A DNA stretch of 64,000 nt, taken from contig CBDCTZ010000005.1 of the NCBI GenBank assembly GCA_965222375.1, positions 96,001 through 160,000 on the forward strand. Reading direction: 5' to 3'. Source of the DNA: Polyangiaceae bacterium (GTDB lineage: Bacteria > Myxococcota_A > Polyangia > Polyangiales > Polyangiaceae). Every line of letters begins with the position of its first letter. Positions within the stretch are counted from its first letter, which is position 1. Below are positions 44,898 through 53,764 of this stretch, piece after piece. The notes beneath the pieces were generated by a model. The model was not told the origin of the DNA and made no database searches. It worked only from the letters and a program-made list of their open reading frames with translations. Made by a program: the position numbers and the translations under genes.

Positions 44898-47777
44898 CTA
44901 CGCTCTGACTGCAGAACTCGCTCGCCGCGCGCGCTTTTTCGATGCACTCCGCGCGGCCTTGATACCGAGCGCGTTGGCGAGGTACTGCCCCGTGAAGGAC
45001 GTGCGGCTCCGTGCAACCTCTTCGGGCGTTCCTGCTGCAACCACGTTTCCGCCTTCGGGTCCTCCTTCAGGTCCGAGATCCAGAACGTAGTCGGCGTTCT
45101 TGATCACCTCGATGTTGTGCTCCACCACCACGACCGTGTTGCCAGCGTCCACCAGGCGGTGCAGTACGCTGAGCAGTTTTTTGACGTCGTGGAAGTGAAG
45201 CCCCGTGGTGGGCTCATCCAAGACGTAGAGGGTTCCCTTCTGATTGCGCTTGCCGAGCTCTCGAGCGAGCTTGATGCGCTGGGCCTCACCGCCGGACAGG
45301 GTCGGAGAAGGCTGGCCCAGATGCAGGTATCCGACGCCCACCTCGGATAGAAGCGCCAAGGGCGCTCGGATTTTGGGGTGCGGAGAAAACAGCTCCAAGG
45401 CCTCGTCGATGGTCAGCTCCAGAACTTCAGCGATGGACTTGTCACGGTAGCGAATGGCCAGGGTCGCGTCGTTGAAGCGCCTCCCTTGGCACTCTTCGCA
45501 ACGCACGTAAACGTCCGCCAAGAAGTGCATCTCGACCTTGCGGACGCCGTCCCCTTCGCAGGCCTCGCAGCGCCCCCCTTTTACGTTGAATGAAAACCGC
45601 CCCGGCTTCATGCCGCGCATTCGGGCATCTGGCAGGGTTGCGAACAAGTTGCGGATTTCGTCGAAGGCTTTGACGTAGGTCGCTGGGTTGCTGCGCGGGG
45701 TGCGACCGATGGGTCGCTGATCCACCAACACCACGCGCTCCACTTGCTTGGCGCCATCTATTCGCTGGTGAGCCGCGGGGCGAGCATCTTCACTCTTGGA
45801 CAGCGCAGGTACGACGATGTCGTTGACCAAGGTGCTCTTGCCGGCGCCGCTGACCCCGGTCACCGCAATGAGCACTCCCAAAGGCAGCTCGGCATCGATG
45901 TTCTTAAGGTTGTTGGCTCGTGCTCCCCGCACAACGATCGCCCCCGACGGCTGACGCCGCGCGCTTGGCGTTTCAATCGTCGCGCGACCGGAGAGGTACT
46001 GCCCCGTCAGTGACTTGCGGCTCTTTTCGATTTGCCTGGCGGTACCCGAGAAGACGACCTCGCCACCGTGAATCCCGGCCCCAGGCCCGAAATCGACCAC
46101 CCAATCCGATGACCGGATCGTCTCCTCGTCATGCTCGACGACCACCACCGTATTGCCGATGTCCCGCAGTCGCAGCAGCGTGTCGATCAGGCGCCGATTG
46201 TCCCGCTGGTGCAGCCCGATGGAAGGCTCATCCAAGATGTAGAGCACGCCGGTCAGCTCGGAACCGACCTGGCTGGCCAGGCGGATCCGCTGCGCCTCTC
46301 CCCCGGACAAGGTCGGCCCGGGCCGGTCTAGGGACAGATAGCCCAAGCCCACTGCCTCCAAGAACCCGAGTCGCCCGCGTACTTCTTTCAGTACCTCCGT
46401 CGCGATCTCCGCGGATGCGCCCGACAAGCCCAACTCCGAAAAGAAACGCGCGGCATCACTGACCGTCAGAGCGCCGACATCGACCAGGCTCAGATCGCCA
46501 ACCCGAACCGCCGCACTTTCGCGTTTGAGGCGCGAGCCTCGACAGGCACGGCAGGGCGCGTCACCCATGAACCGCGCGTACCAGCGCTTCGCGCGATCCG
46601 ACTTCGTGCTCGAGAAGCGACGGGTCAGCCGCGGGATCAGCCCCTCCCACGTCACGTCAAACTTGCCGGATCCCGATCCCTTCTGAGTCTTCCAACGCAC
46701 CGTGAAGCGCTTCTCACCCGCGCCCCAGAGCAGCAGCTCCTTGTGGCGCTCGCTGAGTTTGGCGTAGGGGCGGTCGACCGGGATCTTCAGCCGCTCCAGG
46801 ATCTGTCCACGGAAGCCGTGCGCCCAGCCCTTCTTTTTCGAGACGCCAGGACCCCACACCGCCACGGCGCCTTCGTCGAGGGTCAAGCTTGGGTCGGGAA
46901 TGACTCGGTTGGGATCGATGGTCGAGAGCGTTCCCAAACCGTGACACTCAGGACACATCCCTTGGGGGCTGTTGAAGGAAAAGGCTTGAGGGGTCAGTGG
47001 AGAAAACGAGACCTTGCAGCGCAAGCAGGCGTTGTGGCGGCTGAACAATCGCTCGCTGTCGCCGTCCACCGCGCGCAGGGTGCCCTGCCCTAGCTCCAGA
47101 GCGCGCTCCACACTCTCGGCCAGGCGCCCCCGGGAGCTTCGAGTGAGCTTCACCCGGTCGACGACCACATCCAGATTGTGCTTCTTGCGCTTTTCTAGGG
47201 CGTCCAACCCATCGAGGCGCCGAATCTCGCCGTCCACGCGAACTCGGACGTGGCCGTCGCGACGCAGTCCTTCGAGCAGCTCACGGTGCTCGCCTTTTCG
47301 GTTCTCGAGCACCCGGGAAAGCAACACCACGTTTTTGCCGGGTGCATCCGCAAGCAGCGTGTCCGCAATGCGTTCCGGGGATTGCCCCATGACCTCATCG
47401 CCGCAGCGGGGGCAGTGCTGAACGCCAATTCGAGCGTAGAGAACCCGCAGATAGTCGGAGATCTCCGTGATCGTGCCGACGGTGGATCGGGGATTTACAT
47501 TCGTGGCCTTCTGCTCGATGGAGACGGCCGGCGCGAGGCCACGGATGGTGTCGAACTTGGGCTTGTCCAACCTGCCGAGGAACTGCCGCGCGTAGGCGGA
47601 TAGGGACTCCACGTAGCGGCGTTGCCCTTCGGCGTAGAGGGTGTCGAAGGCCAGCGAGCTCTTGCCAGACCCGGAGACGCCGGAGAAAACCACGAGCTTC
47701 TTCTTTGGCACCCGCACCTGGACGCCCTTGAGGTTGTGCTCTCGGGCACCAGTGACGAGGATGTGATCGAGTTCCAT
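44898..47777 (-). CDS. uvrA: Excinuclease ABC subunit A
   Basis: 'GAREHNLK', 'GVSGSGKSSLAFDTLYAEGQRRY', two 'LSGGEAQRI' signatures, Zn fingers. Start ATG 47777. Confidence 0.97.
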   Translation of the reverse strand: MELDHILVTGAREHNLKGVQVRVPKKKLVVFSGVSGSGKSSLAFDTLYAEGQRRYVESLSAYARQFLGRLDKPKFDTIRGLAPAVSIEQKATNVNPRSTVGTITEISDYLRVLYARIGVQHCPRCGDEVMGQSPERIADTLLADAPGKNVVLLSRVLENRKGEHRELLEGLRRDGHVRVRVDGEIRRLDGLDALEKRKKHNLDVVVDRVKLTRSSRGRLAESVERALELGQGTLRAVDGDSERLFSRHNACLRCKVSFSPLTPQAFSFNSPQGMCPECHGLGTLSTIDPNRVIPDPSLTLDEGAVAVWGPGVSKKKGWAHGFRGQILERLKIPVDRPYAKLSERHKELLLWGAGEKRFTVRWKTQKGSGSGKFDVTWEGLIPRLTRRFSSTKSDRAKRWYARFMGDAPCRACRGSRLKRESAAVRVGDLSLVDVGALTVSDAARFFSELGLSGASAEIATEVLKEVRGRLGFLEAVGLGYLSLDRPGPTLSGGEAQRIRLASQVGSELTGVLYILDEPSIGLHQRDNRRLIDTLLRLRDIGNTVVVVEHDEETIRSSDWVVDFGPGAGIHGGEVVFSGTARQIEKSRKSLTGQYLSGRATIETPSARRQPSGAIVVRGARANNLKNIDAELPLGVLIAVTGVSGAGKSTLVNDIVVPALSKSEDARPAAHQRIDGAKQVERVVLVDQRPIGRTPRSNPATYVKAFDEIRNLFATLPDARMRGMKPGRFSFNVKGGRCEACEGDGVRKVEMHFLADVYVRCEECQGRRFNDATLAIRYRDKSIAEVLELTIDEALELFSPHPKIRAPLALLSEVGVGYLHLGQPSPTLSGGEAQRIKLARELGKRNQKGTLYVLDEPTTGLHFHDVKKLLSVLHRLVDAGNTVVVVEHNIEVIKNADYVLDLGPEGGPEGGNVVAAGTPEEVARSRTSFTGQYLANALGIKAARSASKKRARRASSAVRA

Positions 47778-47854
47778 ACGTTCGTGTTTCGGGCGGTTTT
47801 TCGGCTTCGACGCCAAGGCGTGACGCTTGGGCCGGAGTCGTGTATGCCCGCAGG

Positions 47855-48568
47855 ATGTCGCTATCAAGGACCTTTCTCTCGCTCCTAGTGCTGGGAGCGC
47901 TCGCCTGTCAGTCCGAAAAAGCACCCGAGCCCGAGAGCCGGCCCGCACCGGGCCCAGAAAAGGCCGCTCTACCCGCGGCAGCGCCCGCACCGGCCGCACC
48001 GGCCGCGGCGGCACCGGCCGTGCCCGGGCCGGACAAGGCGAAGGAGCAGGCACCAGCCAAGTACAAGGCGAAGTTCACGACATCCAAAGGAGACTTCACC
48101 TTGGAGGTGACGCGCGCCTGGGCGCCCCAGGGTGCGGATCGTTTCTACAACCTCGTGAAAATCGGCTTCTTCAACGACGCGCGATTCTTTCGAGTCGTGC
48201 CCGGCTTCGTCGTGCAGTGGGGCATTCACGCCCAGGGCGAACCCGTCATGAGTCAGTGGCGAAGTGCCAGTATTCCCGACGATCCCGTCAAGGAGTCGAA
48301 CAAAGCGGGAACGATCGTGTTTGCCACGAGCGGCCCGAACTCGCGCAGCACCCAGATGTTCATCAACTTCAAAGACAACGCCCGCCTCGACGCAATGGGC
48401 TTCGCTCCCTTTGGCAAAGTCATCGAGGGCATGGACGTCGTCAACAAGATCAACGCCGAGTATGAACAACGCGCAGCGCAGCCCTCGATTCAGCGGGAGG
48501 GCAACGCGTACTTGAATCGCGAATTCCCGAACATGGACTTCATCAAGAAGACCGAAATCGTGAAGTAG
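47855..48568 (+). CDS. Cyclophilin-type peptidyl-prolyl isomerase lipoprotein
   Basis: Lipobox 'ALAC'; 'FFRVVPGFVVQWG', 'GPNSRSTQMFIN', 'PFGKVIEGMDVV'. Confidence 0.93.
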   Translation: MSLSRTFLSLLVLGALACQSEKAPEPESRPAPGPEKAALPAAAPAPAAPAAAAPAVPGPDKAKEQAPAKYKAKFTTSKGDFTLEVTRAWAPQGADRFYNLVKIGFFNDARFFRVVPGFVVQWGIHAQGEPVMSQWRSASIPDDPVKESNKAGTIVFATSGPNSRSTQMFINFKDNARLDAMGFAPFGKVIEGMDVVNKINAEYEQRAAQPSIQREGNAYLNREFPNMDFIKKTEIVK

Positions 48569-48583
48569 CGGTCTTTTTCGCGT

Positions 48584-49261
48584 ATGTCTCCCCGGGTCAT
48601 TCTGCTGGACATCGACGGGACGCTGATTTCCTGCGGGGGCGCGGGCCGTAGCGCCATGGTGGACGCGGTGAGCGAGCACGTCGGCCGGCGCGACGTGCTC
48701 GAGTTCCGATTCGGTGGGCTGACGGATCAGCTCATCGTTCGGCGTGCCTTGGACAGCGCCGGGGTGGAGGCATCGACGAGCCGCATCGACGACGTGCTCG
48801 ACACCTACCTGGAGCTACTCCCGGCGGCGCTGGATGCGGCAACCGACTACCAAGTGCTTCCTGGCGTGCCGGCACTGCTCCAAGCTCTCGGCGGCCAGCG
48901 CCATGTCGCGCTGGGCCTGGGCACTGGCAACATCGAGGGCGGAGCGCGCCACAAGCTGCAATACGGCGATCTGTGGAAGGAGTTTTCCTTCGGGGGATAC
49001 GGCAGCGACCATGAAGCTCGGGACGAAATCCTCCGCATCGGGGCCAAACGCGGCGCAGCGCAGTTCGACGAAGAATCTGCGCCCACCGTGTTTGTCGTCG
49101 GGGACACGCCCCACGATGTTGCAGCCGCACAAGCCATTGGCGCTACCTGCATCGCGGTCGCAACCGGCGGCTTCGGAGCCGACGAGTTAGCCGCTGTGGG
49201 CGCTCACCTGGTGGTCGATGATCTGAGCGACCCGCGCGCCCTGGATATCCTCCTGGGTTAG
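48584..49261 (+). CDS. HAD family hydrolase
   Basis: 'LLDIDGTL', 'TGN', 'VGDTPHDV'. Confidence 0.92.
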   Translation: MSPRVILLDIDGTLISCGGAGRSAMVDAVSEHVGRRDVLEFRFGGLTDQLIVRRALDSAGVEASTSRIDDVLDTYLELLPAALDAATDYQVLPGVPALLQALGGQRHVALGLGTGNIEGGARHKLQYGDLWKEFSFGGYGSDHEARDEILRIGAKRGAAQFDEESAPTVFVVGDTPHDVAAAQAIGATCIAVATGGFGADELAAVGAHLVVDDLSDPRALDILLG

Positions 49262-49336
49262 CCGGAAAACTGCTGCCAACGCTTCCCAGGAGAAGCTATC
49301 AGTCCTAGCCTTTGGCGCTGAACGGGCAGACGAAAT

Positions 49337-50176
49337 TTGGCTGACGCGCGCATCGTATTTGTCACCGGGAAGGGCGGAGTGGGCAAGAGCACCGTGGCCG
49401 CCGCACTGGCGCTCGCACGGGCCCGGTCCCGGGGCCAAGCCATCTTGGTCGAGGTGGAAGACGGTCGGGCAGCTGTGCGTGCTCTCGGTTCCGAAAGCGG
49501 TGTTCGCGTGGTGACGGTGACTCATCAAGTCGCGATGCAGAACGCGATCGCTCGCCTGCTCCGCACGCGAATTCTGGCCAAGGCCATCGTCAAGCAGCGC
49601 TCGATTGCGCGCTTGCTAGACACCGTGCCGGCGATTCGCGAACTCGTGGTTTTGGAAGAGGTCCGAGCAATTGCGGAAGACAACCCAGACGCGAGCGTGA
49701 TTATCGACTTGCCAGCAACAGGTCACGCCGTGGACTTCTTGCGCGTGCCCTCGGCCGCAAAGCGCTTCCTACAGCGCGGCCCCGCCGCGCGGATGTGCGA
49801 CGAGATCCTGGAGCAGGTCCTCGACCCTGGCCGGAGTAAGATCGTGGTGGTGAGCACCTTCGAGCCCGTCGTCGCTCAGGAAACTCGCGAGCTCTGTCAG
49901 CGCTTGCAGGACGAGCTCGGTTTTCCCGCCGACACCATCATCATGAATCGAGCACCGAAGCCCGTCGACGAGGAAGCGGTCGCGGAGCTTTCGCGCCGTT
50001 GCCGTGAAAGCCCGGAGCTCGCGGGTATCGGTCGCGCCGTGCTGGCTCGCGTGGCGGCGTGTCGCGAGGCCGAAGAATCCCGGGCTGTCCTGGCGAGTTT
50101 CGCGCCAGTGCTCACGGTCTCGGAGTACTACGCGGATCCTCGCGCGGCGGATTTCGTACAAGAGCTATCCCTATGA
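49337..50176 (+). CDS. ArsA/Get3-like ATPase (subunit 1)
   Basis: 'FVTGKGGVGKST', 'IDLPATGH', 'IMNR'. Confidence 0.85.
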   Translation: MADARIVFVTGKGGVGKSTVAAALALARARSRGQAILVEVEDGRAAVRALGSESGVRVVTVTHQVAMQNAIARLLRTRILAKAIVKQRSIARLLDTVPAIRELVVLEEVRAIAEDNPDASVIIDLPATGHAVDFLRVPSAAKRFLQRGPAARMCDEILEQVLDPGRSKIVVVSTFEPVVAQETRELCQRLQDELGFPADTIIMNRAPKPVDEEAVAELSRRCRESPELAGIGRAVLARVAACREAEESRAVLASFAPVLTVSEYYADPRAADFVQELSL

Positions 50177-51249
50177 GTGCGCGGCTGTGGATCATCGTGG
50201 GTGGCGGAGGTGTCGGCAAGACGACCACGAGCGCCGCGCTGGGGCTCGCGCTCGCGAAATCCGGGCGACGCACTCTCGTCATCACGGTAGATCCGGCGCG
50301 TCGCCTCGCAGACGCCCTGGGCGTTCAGCTCAACGTGGAGGCGACGAGGGTTGGCATTCAGGGCGTCGAGATGGATGCACGGATGCCCGATAGCCGGCGT
50401 AGCGTGGATCAATTCGTGGAGTGGCTTTGGGTCGATCCCGAGGCGCAACGCCGAGTGCGGGACAATCCCATGTACCGGGAGCTCGGAGACGCCCTCGCGG
50501 GGGTGCACGAGCTGGTCAGCCTCGCGGTGTTGGAGCGAGACGTGCAGAGCGGGAACTACGATGACGTAATCCTGGACACAGCTCCTTCTCGACACGCCCT
50601 GGAGTTGTTCGATTATCCGAAGAAGCTCGTCAAGATGTTGGACGAGCGCACCCTTCGTTTCATGGTGGGTTTGGCCCGGCTCGCCGGCGCGACCCTCGAA
50701 GACCGACCCGAGGAAAGCCGACTCTTCGCGTGGGGGAAACGCCGGGCGGGCGCTCTCGTCAGCCACCTGGTGGGCGAAACCGCCATCGTAAACATCGCAG
50801 CGCTCTTCGTCGAACTAGAAGCCGCGCGAGAGCGTTGGCTCGCCCTGGTTCAGAGCGTGGAAGCTCGGCTTGCCAGCGACAGCACCCGTTATGTCGTCAT
50901 CGCCGCACCCTCGGGTGCCGCCCTGGACGACGCGGCGCACCTCTGCGCTGAGCTCGCCCGCCGCCGCTACAATACGGCCGCTCTGCTCGTGAACCGCACT
51001 CGAGCGGAGCACAACGCTTGGCCGAGCTTCGAGCCCACGGACCCGCTCCACCCCGTGGCGTCCAGCCTGGAGCAGGAAGCCCAGCGCCTCGCAACCCAGA
51101 CGAAGACCGCGTTGAAGCGGGTCAAAGCATTCCCGCGAACCGGTGCGACTCTCGCGACGCTGCCCGCGGTAGAGGAAGTCGAGCCCACCAAGGTATTGGC
51201 GGCCCTGAGCCAGCACTTGGAACAAGAGCTCTGGGTTGGCGGCGACTGA
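50173..51249 (+). CDS. ArsA/Get3-like ATPase (subunit 2)
   Basis: 'GGGGVGKTT', 'TVDPARRLADALG', 'LDTAPSRHAL', 'LVNR'; ATGA overlap with subunit 1. Confidence 0.88.
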   Translation: MSARLWIIVGGGGVGKTTTSAALGLALAKSGRRTLVITVDPARRLADALGVQLNVEATRVGIQGVEMDARMPDSRRSVDQFVEWLWVDPEAQRRVRDNPMYRELGDALAGVHELVSLAVLERDVQSGNYDDVILDTAPSRHALELFDYPKKLVKMLDERTLRFMVGLARLAGATLEDRPEESRLFAWGKRRAGALVSHLVGETAIVNIAALFVELEAARERWLALVQSVEARLASDSTRYVVIAAPSGAALDDAAHLCAELARRRYNTAALLVNRTRAEHNAWPSFEPTDPLHPVASSLEQEAQRLATQTKTALKRVKAFPRTGATLATLPAVEEVEPTKVLAALSQHLEQELWVGGD

Positions 51250-51275
51250 CGACCCAGCTGCGCGATCTGGGTCAG

Positions 51276-52280
51276 TCACGGGTTTTCGTGATGCCGGCGC
51301 GCTCGCTCGGTGAGCACAAGCGCTAGCGCAGCAACGCCGATCGCCAAGGGCAGCGACACCCCCGCCGTGGGGGCCAACATCATCAACGCCGCACCGTGAA
51401 TCGATAGCGGGTAGCTCTTCAAGGAGGCCGCCTCGGAACCCCGGCGTAGGGGCCCCCCCGCGCTCGCCGCGACGAGAGCAGCACCGAGGCACGCAAGCCC
51501 CACGGCGGACGGCGAAACCAGAACCTCAGGGGTTGCGACCCAAACCAACGCCAGGCTCAGCACCGCGCGAAGCCCGGCGCTAGCCCGAACGCCGATCACA
51601 TGGGCCAACGTGCGATAACCCGCAAGTCGGTCACCACGGCGGTCCTTCTCGTAGTTGGCCTGCAAGTACAGCCCCGCTATCGCGGCTACGTAACCCAAAG
51701 TCGGGGCCGCTGCGGTGAAAGCAAAGTCTCCAGCTATCGTCGCGGAAAAGCCGAAGGCTGCAGCCACGGCCACCAGCGCGCCGTGGGCCAGGTTTCCGAG
51801 CAATGGCAGCTTCTTCGCTGAGTTGTAGCCAATCAAGAGCACGGCCGCGAGAGGGATGAACGGGATGGCAGCAGGCGCCGCAATCGCAACAGCGGCGGCG
51901 ACCGCAATGCCGAGCGCAAGTGCAACACTGAGCGTTGGACCCGGTGGCAGCAATCCGCGCGCAGCCGCACGGCCAGGTGCGTCCACCGCATCTGCTTCCA
52001 CGTCCAACAAGTCGTTGAGCAGCTGGCCCACGCCCCAGCCAACTCCGGCCGCTGCGACGACCAATGCGACACGCCACGGCTGCTCGAAACTGCCTCGGGC
52101 GGAGCTGCCTGCCAACGCCGCGCCTGCGGGAATGAAGAAGAAGTGCGCGCGCAAGGCGCGCACCAACTCCCGCCAGAATATCCGAGGCGCCACACCCAGC
52201 GGTGGCGGACTGCCCCGCGCTATCCCACTCAGGTAATTCGCACCAGAGCGTGCAACACTCGCAAGATCCCGCTCTGCCAC
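51276..52280 (-). CDS. UbiA-family prenyltransferase
   Basis: Asp-rich motifs 'NDLLDVEAD...PGR' and 'KDRRGDRLAG'; polytopic membrane protein. Confidence 0.85.
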   Translation of the reverse strand: MAERDLASVARSGANYLSGIARGSPPPLGVAPRIFWRELVRALRAHFFFIPAGAALAGSSARGSFEQPWRVALVVAAAGVGWGVGQLLNDLLDVEADAVDAPGRAAARGLLPPGPTLSVALALGIAVAAAVAIAAPAAIPFIPLAAVLLIGYNSAKKLPLLGNLAHGALVAVAAAFGFSATIAGDFAFTAAAPTLGYVAAIAGLYLQANYEKDRRGDRLAGYRTLAHVIGVRASAGLRAVLSLALVWVATPEVLVSPSAVGLACLGAALVAASAGGPLRRGSEAASLKSYPLSIHGAALMMLAPTAGVSLPLAIGVAALALVLTERARRHHENP

Positions 52281-52565
52281 TCGAGACGAAGCGTGACCAG
52301 GTACGGCCCCCGGTGCAACCCCGGGGCGCCAGCCCGCGGTGGCCCTAGGCCAGCTGTCGCCGAAGAACCCTGGAAATGTCCGCCCCTTATGGAGTTCGCG
52401 ACCAGCGCTCGTTTTCGGCCAGCGGCAAGAACGGATACTGCCATCCGAGCCCCACAGGCCGCCTGGGCGTGCGGACTGTCATGGGAAGTACTGCCCCAAC
52501 GCTCGAGTCACGCACGCTTCTGGATATCGATTGGAACTTCCCCCAGGCGACACTAGCTTGGAGGT

Positions 52566-53714
52566 GTGAAGACCGACGCGGACGTGGTGATCGTGGGAGG
52601 AGGCATCATGGGCCTCAGCATCGCCTATCACCTCGCCAAGGACCACGGGCTGAAACACGTGGTGGTTGCAGAAGCGTCCTACCTTTGCAGCGGAGCCAGT
52701 GGACGCAACGGAGGTGGGATCCGTGCTCAATGGTCCACCGAAGCCAACATCGTCCTGATGCAGGAGTCGCTGCGGCTGTGTCGAGACTTTGCTCGAGAGC
52801 ATCGCATCAATACCTGGTTCCGCCAGGGCGGTTACTTGTTCCTGGTGCGGTCTGAGCAGCGTATGCGCGCCCTCGAGAAGAGCGTCGCGCTGCAGAACGA
52901 AAACGGCGTGCGCACGCGAATGCTCTCCAGCGCGGAAGCCACCAAGTTGGTCCCCGAGCTTTCCACGGATGGGCTTGTGGCCGCGAGCTACAATCCGGAC
53001 GACGCGGTGGTCTTTCCCTGGCCCTTTGTGTGGGGCTACGCCGAGGGCGCCACCCGACTTGGGGTCGAGGTCCTACCCTTCACGCCTGTGACACACATCG
53101 AGGTTTCCAACGGTGCGGTTTACGCGGTCGAGACGCCGCGAGGCAGGATCCGCACTCGGCGAGTGGTCAACGCAGCAGGCGCGTACAGCCCCGCCGTGGC
53201 CGCATTGGTGGACGTGACGCTTCCGAACCATCCCCACCGCCACGAGATCTGCTCCAGCGAACCCCTCAAGCCTTGGCTCACACCCCTGGTGGCAGATCTC
53301 GACAACGGCCTCTACTTCTCCCAATCCACCCGGGGCGAAATCGTCGGTGGCATCAGCAACAAGAAGGTTCCAGAGGGGGAGAGCCAGGCGTCGAGCAACC
53401 GTTTCTTGACGCTCTACGCCAAGGCGCTGATGCGCGCCTGCCCCATCCTGGGGCGGGTGAAGGTGTTGCGCCAATGGGCGGGCCTATACGACATCACTCC
53501 GGATCAGAATCCGATCGTCGGCAGCGTCGACGAAGTCGAAGGCTTTTATCTGGCGTGTGGCTTCATGGGACACGGGTTCATGATGGCGCCCGTCATGGGC
53601 AAGCGCCTGGCGGCTCACGTTGCAACGGGCGAGCGCTCGGAACTCTTCGAACGCTGGAACCTGCGCCGCTATCGCGAAGGCAATTTGCTCTCCGAAGGCA
53701 TGATCATCGGCTGA
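52566..53714 (+). CDS. FAD-dependent oxidoreductase (sarcosine oxidase beta/DadA-like)
   Basis: 'DVVIVGGGIMG', 'GASGRNGG', 'VNAAGA', 'RQWAGLYDITPD..PIVG', 'GHGFMMAP'. Confidence 0.9.
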   Translation: MKTDADVVIVGGGIMGLSIAYHLAKDHGLKHVVVAEASYLCSGASGRNGGGIRAQWSTEANIVLMQESLRLCRDFAREHRINTWFRQGGYLFLVRSEQRMRALEKSVALQNENGVRTRMLSSAEATKLVPELSTDGLVAASYNPDDAVVFPWPFVWGYAEGATRLGVEVLPFTPVTHIEVSNGAVYAVETPRGRIRTRRVVNAAGAYSPAVAALVDVTLPNHPHRHEICSSEPLKPWLTPLVADLDNGLYFSQSTRGEIVGGISNKKVPEGESQASSNRFLTLYAKALMRACPILGRVKVLRQWAGLYDITPDQNPIVGSVDEVEGFYLACGFMGHGFMMAPVMGKRLAAHVATGERSELFERWNLRRYREGNLLSEGMIIG

Positions 53715-53764
53715 GGTCGGCGCGCTGGTTGCCACCTCGAAACCTGGGTGTAGGCTAGGGACTC

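Noticed and set aside
49337..51249. Arsenic-resistance operon
   Set aside because: No arsB/acr3, arsC, arsD or arsR nearby.
52300..52520. Cobalamin or glycine riboswitch
   Set aside because: Only fragments resemble B12 elements (CCGGTGCAA, GGGAAG). The upstream GGGAA, the CCCGCAACTGT segment and the AGYCAGRAGACC box are missing, and there are no glycine aptamer GGAGA/CCGAAG pairs.
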